From Macrostomum hystrix (taxonomy: Eukaryota; Animalia; Platyhelminthes), in the NCBI GenBank assembly GCA_950097015.1, contig CATNEN010000025.1:6262001-6326000 (forward strand): DNA of 64,000 nt. Reading direction: 5' to 3'. The notes below the pieces were generated by a model that had not been told where the DNA came from, searched no databases, and was given only the letters and a program-made list of their open reading frames with translations. Made by a program: the position numbers and the translations under genes. Below, piece after piece: positions 1-12,083 of this stretch; position 1 is the stretch's first letter; each line of letters opens with the position of its first letter.

Positions 1-1140
1 GAGAAGAAGAGGGGGGAGAAGAAGAGGGGAGAGAAGAAGAGGGGGGAGAAGAAGAGGGGAGAGAAGAAGAGGGGAGAAAAGAAGAGGGGAGAGAAGAAGA
101 GGGGAGAGAAGAAGAGGGGAGAGAAGAAGAGGGGAGAGAAGAAGAGGGGAGAGAAGAAGAGGGGAGAGAAGAAGAGGGGAGAGAAGAAGAGGGGAGAGAA
201 GAAGAGGGGAGAGAAGAAGAGGGGAGAAAAGAAGAGGGGGGAGAAGAAGAGGGGAGAGAAGAAGAAGTGAAGAGAGGAAGAGGGGAGAGAAAAAGAGGGT
301 GGAGAAGAAGAGGGGAGAGAAGAAGAGGGGGGAGAAGAAGAGGGGAGAGAAGAAGAGGGGAGAGAAAAAGAGGGGAGAGAAGAAGAGGGGAGAGAAGAAG
401 AGGGGAGAGAAGAAGAGGGGAGAGAAGAAGAGGGGAGAGAAAAAGAGGGGAGAGAAGAAGAGGGGGGAGAAGAAGAGGGGAGAGAAGAAGAGGGGGGAGA
501 AGAAGAAGTGGAGAAAAGAAGAGGTAAGAGAAAAAGAGGGGAGAGAAGAAGAGGGGAGAGAAGAAGAGGGGAGAAAAGAAGAGGGGAGAGAAGAAGAGGG
601 GAGAGAAAAAGAGGGGAGAGAAGAAGAGGGGAGAGAAGAAGAGGGGAGAGAAGAAGAGGGGAGAGAAGAAGAGGGGAGAGAAGAAGAGGGGAGAGAAGAA
701 GAGGGGAGAGAAGAAGAGGGGAGAGAAGAAGAGGGGAGAGAAAAAGAGGGGAGAGAAGAAGAGGGGAGAGAAGAAGAGGGGAGAGAAGAAGAGGGGAGAG
801 AAGAAGAGGGGGGAGAAGAAGAGGGGAGAGAAGAAGAAGTGAAGAGAGGAAGAGGGGAGAGAAAAAGAGGGTGGAGAAGAAGAGGGGAGAGAAGAAGAGG
901 GGGGAGAAGAAGAGGGAAAGAAGAAGAGTGGGAGAAGAAGAGGGGGGAGGAGAAGAGGGGAGAGAAAAAGAGGGGAGAGAAGAAGAGGGGGGAGAAGAAG
1001 AGGGGAGAGAAGAAGAGGGGGGAGAAGAAGAAGTGGAGAGAAGAAGAGGGGAGAGAAGAAGAGGGGGAGGAGAAGAGGGGGAGAAGAAGAGGGGGAGAAG
1101 AAGAGGGGGGAGAAGAAGAGGGGAGAGAAAAAGAAGAGTA
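1..1140. repeat. Purine-only minisatellite, 15-bp unit GAGAAGAAGAGGGGA
   Basis: Directly visible tandem units; runs off the left window edge. The overlapping E/K/R/G ORFs are translations of the repeat. Confidence 0.97.
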
Positions 1141-1738
1141 GAATGTGGCTAAAAATAAAAGCGATGGTAGGCGACTCATATGGAGGGGGAGAGAAGAAGC
1201 ATAGGAGAGGAATAGGAAAAAGCAAATCAGGAAATTTAGCAGAAGATTTTTATTAGAAGACGCGTCGTTAAAAATGAAGAATTTGAGTGCGTTGTAGCAT
1301 ACAAAAGGGTTACGCCTGTTAACTTGCAGCCTGAGATAATGGAAAGAAAAAGTGGAATGAGGCAAATCCTTTGTCAATCCTCAGAGCTACCATGGCACGA
1401 TGACAATGAAGCCCTACTGTAGCTCATCCATCCATTTATGGGATTTTTCAGCATCAAAAAAAGTTCAAAACACTTCCAGATTCCATGGATTATTTTTCAT
1501 AAGACCAGGCGAACCGGAAAAACTGTGAACTGGTAGGCGGGAAGAGAAGCGCAAGTATTTATCATTAATAATTTATCCCAACCAATCAGCTCCTCTTGCT
1601 TCCCGCGCATAAAACATCTGCTTTCAACGGTACTGCAGATCCGCAGTGTTTTCAGAGCAAGCCAACTTTCAGAAGGCTTGGCCAAAAATATTCTCACAGC
1701 TCAACAATCATTAGGCATTGTTGCTGCAACCTTTGCCG

Positions 1739-3582
1739 ATGTTCTTCAAGCCGTTTCTTGCAGTTGCCGCTGTTTCAACCGTCACGGCGATGGCTGTCAG
1801 CTTCCAGTCCGACGCCTCCTGCCCGACGGTGTGGGTTCGAGCCGCTCTGCCACGCATCGTCGGGGCCGCAGATCGACGAAGCTGCTATGTAGAGTGCGCC
1901 TCCAGAGCCGACTGCGCTGCCGTCAATGTGGACTCGACAACGGCTGTGTGCTATCTGGGCAGCTATGCCAACTGGACCTCAGCTGGTGCTTGGCAGGTGA
2001 GCCATGACCCACCTAATGACCTAAGTGACCCAACCGAATGACCCAACTAGAACCCAACCCCAATGACCCGATTAGAACCCAACCCCAATGACCCGATTAG
2101 ATCCCAACCCCAATGACCTAACTAGAACCCAACCCCAGTGACCCAAGTAGAACACAACCCTAATGACCCAAGTACAACACAACCCCAATGACCCAAGTAC
2201 AACACAACCCCAATGACCCAAGTACAACACAACCCCAATGACCCAAGTAGAACACAACCCCAATGACCCAAGTAGAACACAACCCCAATGACCCAAGTAG
2301 AACACAACCCCAATCACCCAAGTAGAACACAACCCCAATGACCCAAGTAGAACACAGCCCCAATGACCCAAGTAGAACACAACCCCAATGACCCAAGTAG
2401 AACACAACCCCAATGACCCAAGTAGAACACAACCCCAATGACCCAAGTACAACACAACCCCAATGACCCAAGTAGAACACAACCCCAATGACCCAAGTAG
2501 AACACAACCCCAATGACCCAAGTAGAACACAACCCCAATGACCCAAGTAGAACACAGCCCCAATGACCCAAGTAGAACACAACCCCAATGACCCAAGTAG
2601 AACACAGCCCCAATGACCCAAGTAGAACACAACCCCAATGACCTGAGAAAAATCCAACTCAATGACCCTACTAGAACCGAACTCCAATGACTCAATCAAG
2701 AATCCAACCCCAATGATCCATTAAACACCCATGCTCCACTGAATTGGCTAAGCCATAAAATAATACTTTAAAGACTTTAAACGTAATTTAAATAACTCTC
2801 GTTGCTATGCGGTGTCACAGGTACCCGCATCGAGCCCGGACTCAACTTGCCAGACTCAGGTGAAGCGGCCGCGTTTGCCAGCAGCGCTAGCCATCAAGCT
2901 ACGCGCGTTTTACAATTTTCGATTCTCTTTTGAAAACTTCGCCGTGGGCGAATCTACCTCGCCGTCGCCCAACCCGCCTTGGCTATCGTCGGCTGTGCCA
3001 GTGAAAGTCAATCGCAGTCGCGAGGGCGCCTTTTTCCCCGGCGATATGGCCTCCTACATTGACGTGCCCGGACCGCTGAACCTGAATGGCAGCGCGGGCG
3101 GATTCGCCTACTTTGCCAAGCTTCGAGCCGCGTTCCCGCTGTCAGCGGTGCTGCCGTCCAGCCTGCACATTGTGTACAACACAACGCCGGATGCGCCAAC
3201 CGGCTTCTGGAAGCTGCGAAGCAACGGCACCGACCTTTTGCAGCGAACTGTCCGAATGGAGTCTGTCTCTGCTGCTGGCCTGGCTGGACTCAGCGTCAGT
3301 TTAAACCCAGCTTCTCCGAACCAAATTAGCCTTGGAGTGGCCTTCGAACCGCTGACCACCTCTTATAAGTTCTTCGCCGGCGGCGGCAGCGCTGGTGGCC
3401 CGATTCGAGCCACTTCGCCAGCCGCTGTAGTCGTCGCGCCGGATGGCGGCGAAGCTGGAGACGCCAGATTGCGCATCGGCTACAACACAGTGGATGCTCT
3501 GGCTGGTTACGTCATCTGTTACGCTATCGCTGGGGTGGCCCTAAGCGAGGCTGACATGCAGCAGCTTGACGAGCTGTGCTGA
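1739..3582 (+). CDS. Secreted PAN/Apple-domain + concanavalin A/LamG-like domain protein, 2 exons
   Basis: Exons 1739-1996 and 2821-3582; donor CAG|GTGAGC, acceptor CACAG|GTA, phase 0, in frame. Hydrophobic N-terminus (MFFKPFLAVAAVSTVTAMA). PAN-type cysteine spacing CYVECASRADCAAVNVDSTTAVCYL. Beta-rich C-domain ending ALSEADMQQL, like LamG/pentraxin termini. Domain calls are by motif recognition only. Confidence 0.7.
2003..2720. repeat. Intronic minisatellite, 25-bp unit AATGACCCAAGTAGAACACAACCCC
   Basis: Tandem units filling the intron of the PAN gene; degenerate units start just after the donor. Confidence 0.95.
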
Positions 3583-3614
3583 TTGGCTGCACTGATTTGA
3601 CGGGAAAGAAAAGA

Positions 3615-4000
3615 TAAAGGGATGGAAGGTAGAGATGAAGGGATGGAAGGTAGAGATGAAGGGATGGAAGGTAGAGATGAAGGGATGGAAGGTAGAGATG
3701 AAGGGATGGAAGGTAGAGATGAAGGGATGGAAGGTAGAGATGAAGGGATGGAAGGTAGAGATGAAGGGATGGAAGGTAGAGATGAAGGGATGGAAGGTAG
3801 GGATGAAGGGATGGAAGGTAGAGATGAAGGGATGGAAGGTAGAGATGAAGGGATGGAAGGTAGAGAAGAAGGGATGGAAGGTAGAGAAGAAGGGATGGAA
3901 GGTAGAGATGAAGGGATGGAAGGTAGAGATGAAGGGAGAGGATGTAGAGATGAAGGGAGAGGATGTAGAGATGAAGGGAGAGGATGTAAAGATGAGGGGA
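3615..4000. repeat. Minisatellite, 21-bp unit GATGAAGGGATGGAAGGTAGA
   Basis: Tandem units just 3' of the PAN gene stop codon. Confidence 0.95.
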
Positions 4001-4585
4001 GAGGGTGTAGAGATAAAGGGAGAGTGGGTACAGATGAAAAGACAGGAGAAATAGATGATGGTGGTAAAATAGAAAAGAAGGGAGATGAAAGGAAATCGTT
4101 ACAATATAACAATGAATGAAAGGTTATATAAGGAAAATAATTTTCCGTTTATTTTTTGTTTCATGTATTCTACTTTTAGTTTGCTATTGTACTCGTAATA
4201 CGAAGTATAACATTTTCAGATTACAATGTAACTTACTCAGCAATTAGTTACTAAATTTCGAAAAAGTAAAAAAATTCAACAATTTTCTGGGATGTTAATC
4301 GGCTGTAAAGCTTTGCTAATATACACACTTATTTTATTATTATTATTCACTAAAGTACACTTTTGGAATAATTTATGCGTCTTTTATCTTTACCGACAGG
4401 AAACTTAAGCACTTGAAAACCAAAGTTGGATTGGGTAGTACACCAGCAGACAATAGTTTCTCTGTGTTTGCTTAGCCCAAGCATGTATACACTGGTGCAT
4501 ATTCCCACACCAAATGCCATATAAAAAGTTCCAGCTGTTTATCGTTTCCATGGAAACAGAAGTTTATTCGCTTTCCTCTCTTTAT

Positions 4586-4618
<33 letters not shown>
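4586..4618. repeat. (GTAA)n microsatellite
   Basis: About 8 perfect units. Confidence 0.9.
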
Positions 4619-4619
<1 letters not shown>

Positions 4620-7158
4620 GTAAGACATATTAATTACAATTATAAATACAAAAATAATTACAATTAAATTAAGCGAAAAGAGTATTTAAACAAAGCATCT
4701 TTATTTAGGGATTTGAAGGCTTTCAAAATTAGGGGAAGTACCTGGGAATAGCAGAGTAGCTCAAATATCAGCTATAGCCAAACATCCTGCAATACGATGA
4801 CTGTTTTCATTCTTTTGTAGTATAGTGATAGGGATATATGTATCTATATATATGCATAGTGTATAGCTCGTATAGTGAAGGAGATCGGAGAAGTTTGATA
4901 GAATAAAACAAATACTATACAGTTTTCCCACAATTTGGTTTTGAGTTACCATGGTAGTGAGGCCGGGCTGTAACCCCCGTACGCAGATCAAAGTAATATA
5001 TTTTGCTGAAAGCATCTCTGCATCAGCAATACTGAATTAAGCTGACACAATGATGCAGATTCAATATTTTTTAAATCTGAATTTAAACATACATGCTATT
5101 GTGTTAGCTCGAATCCATTTACAAAGGATCGATCGATGTTCAGAGATATGAAAATGCACTTGGAAATTAATTGAGAATACACAAGTATAAGGGCTGATAT
5201 ACGAGAGTAACTTAGACATCGATTCAACAGAATATATATAGGTGATCCATGCATCTGCCACTGCACCGAGTAATAGAATAACCACAAGTTAGGCCAACTA
5301 TATGATATTGAGCAGTATAGTATCTACACCAGTTGTCGAAGCACTGGACTGGTCTGGTGTTACTGGCTAATACGGCTGCGAAATCCTAGTAGTTACATTA
5401 CTAGCAACTGCAGCCTGAATTTAGCTTATGACAACGGCCGTAATTCGAGTCATTATTTGTGAAATTTGTAACAGATGACCGCAAACCGGCGAAAAAATCC
5501 TAACAAAAATAATCTGATAAGTCGCATGCTAAACAAAACAGAGTGCACATAAATGAGATCAGACCAGAGAGATTAGATCGCTTAACTTCATTTTTATGCT
5601 TCAATGCAAATATTTCGTTATTTCATAATGTTTTTGCGCGTCTGTACCCCAATATTAAACATTTTCAATGTGAATCAAAATCGATCCTCAAAATCAAAAT
5701 TGTGAAATCCCTTTGCGCGAATTGAACCATTTTCCACGTTTAAAATATTTCCGGAATCGTTAAAACGTGTTTATTGTCGCAGTGATGCGCTTCGTTAGCA
5801 TTTTCAACTTCGTGGTTACTTATTTTTTGCGCACACGGTTTGTTCTTAGTGCATGTATAAGGGCATATAAAGAGCGGTTGTCAGCTTCAACTACTTATAT
5901 CACTATTTGCATATGTATATCTAAAAATATTTATGTAGTTTAAAAAAACAGAGGACAGAATTGCTTAGTTTCAGCTTAGGGGTTCTAGGGATCGTCAATA
6001 TATATTTTGTCATATTTTTACTCAGAAACAGTTCACGACCGCAAGTCTGGTCGACACGAATCATGTTTTATATTTAATCATCGCATTTAAAATAGGAAAG
6101 ATATTAAAATATTCCGTATGGCATTATGTCTTACAGTGCTATACTAAAATATTTTTCATGTGAGAACAGAAGAGGGAACTGTGATACTCTTTCTGCTTAA
6201 TTGATTGGTAGATAAATCTATTCTAATATGCGATTTAGCTTTCTTCGGTTTTAGAAAAGTGCAAAAATCTGATTGTGGTACCTATGTCAATGACGAGTAG
6301 TTATAAAATTATCACAATTATCTTTCAAAATAGCAATGACAAAGATAGCTGTACCTGATTTGTATAACCCAGCTTGGTAATCCTGATTTTATCCTAGCTA
6401 AAAATGTAGAAGTTTTATTGTTTCATTCAGTAAAAAATAAAATATTTTAATTTACAATTAGTAGAACCCCTGCTTTTGTTTTTTAATAAAAAATTGATCT
6501 GTTGGTATTTCTTTTTAAGTCAACAAAAAATTAACATTGCTAGATTGCAGCTAATCTATATGGTATCACCTAAAAAATAATTCTTTCAACTGACAAGTCA
6601 GTCAACATTAATATGCTCTTAAATGGTCTAGTCTAGTCTAGATAAACTATTAGCATTAAGCACATCATTCTATCTAAATGCCTAAATGAGCTTTCTATCA
6701 TTTTTCATTCCTAGCCAATACTGCTCAAAAAGTACTCATGTTTCAAGGAGTGCATTTGCTAGTTCACATTTAGTGCCACACATATGTGCAGGATCGATAC
6801 ATTCATTTTTACCTTTGTTTTTAAAGCTGTCCTGAGAACTTAAGAAGTTAGTTTACCTAGAACAATATTATCTCATCAATATAAAGAATATTAGGGGCCT
6901 AAAAATAGAAAGGCTGAAAGTAGATTAAATTAGAATGACTTAAAAATAAGTACTCGATATTAGACTACATAAATTAGGACTGGACCAGTGCTTGGACAAA
7001 CTGCCTATATTAAGGCAATGCTACCAATGTATCCAGTTAGATTTTTTCTGCTTGAAAAATACTACAGGAAGTTGTTTAAAATTTGTTTCGAATGAACTGG
7101 TTGAAAACTGGTACAGTTATAAGCACGCGCCACATAGGCCGAATATAGGCTTGAGCCT

Positions 7159-9523
7159 TGTTATGTATTCTATTTCTTGTTCTGCAGCTACAAGGCCCTA
7201 TAAAATCTCCAGACTCATTTGAAATAAAAGTTGAACTTTTGTCGCAGCTCATTAGGAAAAATATAGATATTACCATAGACATGAGCTTTGATCATATTCA
7301 GTGCATTGACTCGCGTCAAGCACAACAAAGACAACATTCCCCCCTTTGTCAATTCTGAAAACGTTTAGGCAGTTGCATCGCTCTTACAGTTGCAGTCTGT
7401 AGGACAAGGGCGATCATACGGGCGATCATCTGATGTGTTCACTTTCGTGATGATCCTTTGGGCTTGCCAATTCTTCAGTTCGTCCTCAATTAGGCCTTTG
7501 ATCGCAAACGGCACTGGTCGACTCTTATAAAACTTTGGAACGAAGTTTTAATTCAAGACCACTCTGGCTTTCAACTCTTTGATAGTTCCGAGGTTTTCAG
7601 CAAAGACTTGCTCGTACTTCCAAACCAGTGCTTCAATCGGTGGGACTAGCGTTGTCGCCTTCACTCCGGCAATTTTGGTCCAATCCATTTTCATTGAAGA
7701 GAGCTGCAGTCCCGACCAAGAAGATTTACTCGGTCTCCCTTGACAACTAATGCTATCAGTTGATATTGTCTGTTCTCATTATTTGAAACTTTAACTGAAA
7801 CTTCGCCCAGAACTGGAATGAGGTGGTCTGTATCGCTGGATTGCCTTGCATTTGATTTAGACCACTTCAAGCCAATTCTCTTGCTGGTATTCTCGCTAAT
7901 GAGTCTTTTCCTCGCCAGTATCCAGATGGAAATTTACAATGTAGCCATTTACCCTCAGGTCGCACACATTCGGTGGTGAGCTAATATAGCCAGTAATTTC
8001 TGTAGAAAACACGGTTCTGATTTCCGAATGCACTTCTGGATCACCACTGTCTGATGAACTCTCGAACTGTTGCGTATAGTGCGTCTTGCTGGACCTTTCA
8101 CGTTTAGAAGAGTTGAATCGCTTCGACTTGCCGCAACCGTCGAGTTGTATGAACTAAACCGGATACCCATCAATGGCTTGCCGAGCCAGGCACCGTGGCA
8201 CGTAAGTGAACACGTGGTTAAACCAAGCCGTGCACTTTTCAGCAGTAATGCAGTCAGAAGTTTGATTAATTTTGGTCACTAATGTGTCTCGCCGGTGGGC
8301 AGTCAGCGTCCGGCCTCCGAGCTGTTCGATAAACAGCTGCTGCAGTTGTACTAACTCGCGCTTCAAAGTAGCCTTCCTGCAAGCGATCGAGTTCTCTACA
8401 GGCGTGAGGAAGGGGCTGTATGGCGGCAGGCGTTGGATTTCGACATTGCCTGGAATCTCGTAGTATTCGGCATCATTATGGGATTAAACATTGTCGATGA
8501 CCAACTTAAAATTCAGCCCGGGAAATGCAGTTTGAAAGTTGCCGATGGTGATGTGCAAAAACTCTCCGAACCTTTCTTTTCTCATGCCCCTGTCGTAGGT
8601 CTTGAAGTGGACTACTCCAATCGCAGGGGTGTCGGTAAACACGCTCACCACGACGAGCCCTCCCTTGCGATCGTCGAAGCCACGTGTCAAAGCCGAACTC
8701 AAAAATGTAGACTTTGTGGGTAGCAACAACCTCTGTTGGACAAAGCCAGTCGCAGAACTCCACGCGCTCTTCAATAACCCTTGGGGCGTTTCGTCCAGCA
8801 GAAGTTAGGTCCGCTTTACACCTAAATGCCAGACGTATTCAACTAAATATTCTTCTCGCTCAAAACCTCCAATAATCCGAGCTCTGTCAGCGTTGGTGAT
8901 CCTGTCGTTTGTTTGGTGTTGTTGACATTTGGCTCGTCATTTTGAAAGTCATCCGCATCGTCTTCGCCATCCTCCTCCATCAGATCGTCCGTCCATCTTC
9001 TTCGTTGATGTTAGCAAACATGTTTCAGATTTTTAAAACTTTTTTTGAAAGGAAGCATGTGTTTTTCGAACTTCTTGCAAAACAAGCCAGTCACTTATTG
9101 CAAAACATTTTGACCATAGAGCATTGCAGAAGTTTTTATTGAAATAACCGTGTTTCATTTAAAAGACAGTTCGTTCTTGTTGATTTTCTGCTAACCTTCT
9201 AGCTGGCGAGATTTGGCCATAGAAAAAAACGAGTTTAAATTGAACGGGCTCTGTTGCTTTTGAAAGGGTGCCTGTTTATATTGATTTTTCGCAAGCACTG
9301 ACGATAGCTTACGGAAAATGGGATTTCCGCTAGTTTTTTTAGAACTGGAATTTGATCAAAATTGAACGTGAAAAGGTGTAGTGCTGCTTTTATATTTGCC
9401 CCGCGTCTGCGACTTCGCTTCCTAGCTCTACTGTTGTCGCAGCTCTTTAGGGAAAAGATATTACCATAGACAGACTATTCATAATAAGTGCATTGACTCA
9501 CGTCAAGCACGATAAAAATAAAA
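7159..9523 (-). mobile_element. Old, internally deleted Ty3/Gypsy LTR retrotransposon
   Basis: 3' LTR 7159-7336 (TGTT...AACA), adjacent polypurine tract (PPT) AAAGGGGGGAA at 7337-7347. The minus strand of about 7400-8140 encodes LRVNGYIVNFHLDTG (protease) and PKFYKSRPVPFAIK (RT N-terminus), with stops and frameshifts. A diverged partial 5' LTR at 9433-9523 aligns to 7238-7336. AGCCT flanks both ends (7154-7158, 9524-9528), consistent with a 5-bp TSD. Confidence 0.75.
8154..8960 (-). pseudogene. Degenerate IS630/Tc1-like transposase nested in the old Gypsy element
   Basis: Minus-strand fragments: HTH-like RITNADRARIIGGFERE (about 8830-8900), GFDTWLRRSQGRARRG, VIDNV*SH...LPPYSPFLTPVE, and a C-terminal CTAWFNHVFTYVPRCL. 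Contains an in-frame stop and frameshifts. No TIRs found. Confidence 0.8.
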
Positions 9524-9542
9524 AGCCTTGACTGTTATTTTA

Positions 9543-10333
9543 GTATTGGTTTTGTCAGCCTAACTGAGAATAAAGCCACCCAAAATGAGAATCCTCAATG
9601 CACTGCCCAAAGAGTCGTCTCTTTGTGTCGTCACAGTCCGCTTAACAGGGCGACCCCTGATAGGCCTTGCGATCGCCGTAGCCACAAGTTGAATCCAGTT
9701 TCGTCCAAATAGACGATGTGTACGGAGGCGTCAAGGTGCAGCATGAAGTTGGCATGTTCTCTCCGGGCCTCGATGTTTTCAGGCAGATTGCAGCTCGCTC
9801 TGGTGTTCAGAAATTGCCGCATTTCATCATCAACTTTAAGAAGTCGTTGACCACCTCGAGGAAGCGCCTCAGTTCTTCCTTCTTGGCGATGCTGACGGGC
9901 AATTCTATACGCAGTTGGGACAGGCAGTTGCAGGACGGCTGCTGCTTCCCTTAGTGAGCTTCCATTTTCAATGGCCGCGATGAGTCGCTGGCGGTCCACA
10001 GATGAGGCGGGTGAAGTGGTGATTTTATTGCAGTGGTGAAGACTGAACTCTGTTAATTCTAAGTGTTGGATAATTAGGCAAGAAAGCAACGAGACTGTGG
10101 GTGATGGAGAAGCAGTGATGGAGGAGTTGCGCTTGGAGGAGTGGAGAGAGCTGGGGGGGGAAGAGAAAAAGCGATCGATTCTCACATTGGATGCCTTTTT
10201 ATCACTTTGCTTGTCCTTTATTGTCTATGGCCCATAGACTATGGCTGCACGCAGCCGGGCCCTTCGCACTCAGCGTAGGCAGGATTCTCATTTTGGGTGG
10301 CTTTATTCTCAGTTAGGCTGACAAAACCAATAC
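9543..10333 (-). mobile_element. Non-autonomous IS630/Tc1-mariner-type DNA transposon, 53-bp perfect TIRs, TA TSD
   Basis: 9543-9595 (GTATTGGTTTTGTCAGCC...AATCCT) is the exact reverse complement of 10281-10333. TA at 9541-9542 and 10334-10335. ORF 9631-10185 encodes an HTH followed by HIVYLDETGFNLWLRRSQG; the rest of the catalytic domain is deleted. Confidence 0.92.
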
Positions 10334-10714
10334 TAAGTAATGCGTCTATAGGTAGACAAATTGTTCCATACTTTAAAAACATCCGAGACCTAAGGATTTC
10401 TAGATCAATTGTTTCGATAATGCTAGGTAGAAAAATACGGATATCCAGTTCGCGTTTGGTTGGGCGCCCACTGTCCAAGAAAAGAAGTGATACTTTTTGG
10501 AAGTCGCGACCTTCTGTGAGTAGCTTTTTTCTTCGCTCTAGATATTTAGAAAGTTGATTGCAGTATTTTCCGGTCGAAAAATAGGATTTCTAATTAATAT
10601 CGTGCTTAACTATTTTGTTGTTGAATTCTTTATTTTTATTTATTTTAATTGGTTCATAGATTTAATGGAATAATAAGATATGCCAGGAGAGTCAGAAAAC
10701 TTTTAAACAAAATT

Positions 10715-11705
10715 TAGGATTTCCCAATAGAATCGGATTCCCAAATATTTCCCCAATAGAATCGGAGGATTCCACAATAGAATCGGAAGATTCCCCAATA
10801 GAAGCTAGGATTTCCCAATCGACCATCGGGTTTCCTAATATCATTTTAGGACTCCACAATGCAATCGAAAGATTCCCCAATAGAATCGTAGGATTTCCCA
10901 ATAGAATCGTAGGATTTCCTAATAGAATCGTAGGATTTCCCAGTAGAATCGTAGGATTTCCCAATAGAATCGTAGGATTTCCCAGTAGAATCGTAGGATT
11001 TCCTAATAGAATCGTAGGATTTCCCAGTAGAATCGTAGGATTTCCTAATAGAATTGTAGGATTTCCTAATAGAATCGTAGGATTTCCCAGTAGAATCGTA
11101 GGATTTCCCGATAGAATCGTAGGATTTCCCAGTAGAATCGTAGGATTTCCTAATAGAATTGTAGGATTTACTTATAGAATCGTAGGATTTCCTAATAGAA
11201 TCGTAGGAATTCCCAATAGAATGGTAGGATTTCCCAATAGAATTGTAGGATTTCCCAATAGAATCGTAGGATTTCCTAATACAATCATTGGATTTCCAAA
11301 TAGAATCGTAGGATTTTCTAATAGAATCGTAGGATTTCCCAATAGAATTGCAGGATTTCCTTATAGAATCGTAGGATTTCCTAATAGAATCGTAGGATTT
11401 CCCAGTAGAATCGTAGGATTTCCCAATAGAATCGTAGGATTTCCCAGTAAAATCGTAGGATTTCCTAATAGAATTGTAGGATTTCCTAATAGAATCGTAG
11501 GATTTCCCAGTAGAATCGTAGGATTTCCCGATAGAATCGTAGGATTTCCCAGTAGAATCGTAGGATTTTCTAATAGAATCGTAGGATTTCCCAATAGAAT
11601 CGTAGGATTTCCCAATAGAATCGTAGGATTTCCCAATAGAATCGTAGGATTTCCCAATAGAATCGTAGGATTTCCCAATAGAATCGTAGCGTTTTCTAAT
11701 AGAAT
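10715..11705. repeat. Minisatellite, 21-bp unit AATAGAATCGTAGGATTTCCC
   Basis: Tandem units with a degenerate left edge. Confidence 0.96.
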
Positions 11706-12083
11706 TATTGAATTTATGGATCAAAATAAAAAAGAACAGAATAATCAGGATAATCGTGATCATGATGACCTGTTTGGTGCTCCTTAAGAATTTAATTTAT
11801 AATTTGTGTTTTTTTTACTTCCTGCTATAAGAGGGAGTAGAATGTGGCACTTTAACTATATTCCACTTACTATGCGCGATAAAGTCGTTATCTCCTGAAG
11901 AGCACAGAATTCAGAACCCAGTAAAATTTGTACTCACAGTTTATAAAAATTTATACGCATTCTATAAAATCGCGAAAATCAACAACAAACAAAAATTCTA
12001 GCCGTACCAGGCGATCAAGTCCCTCGCGCTCAGTCGTTGTCACTGACGTAGTTTCGTCGACCAGTTCGACGGTCGGCAGGGCG

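Noticed and set aside
4544-4557. Perfect palindromic RFX X-box GTTTCCATGGAAAC
   Set aside because: A match to this degenerate consensus is not unlikely by chance in 64 kb, and no adjacent gene start was identified.
5328-7008. Imperfect ~27-bp inverted repeat (5328-5354 versus 6977-7008), possible old TIR element
   Set aside because: Several mismatches, no TSD, no coding remnant. Too weak to call.
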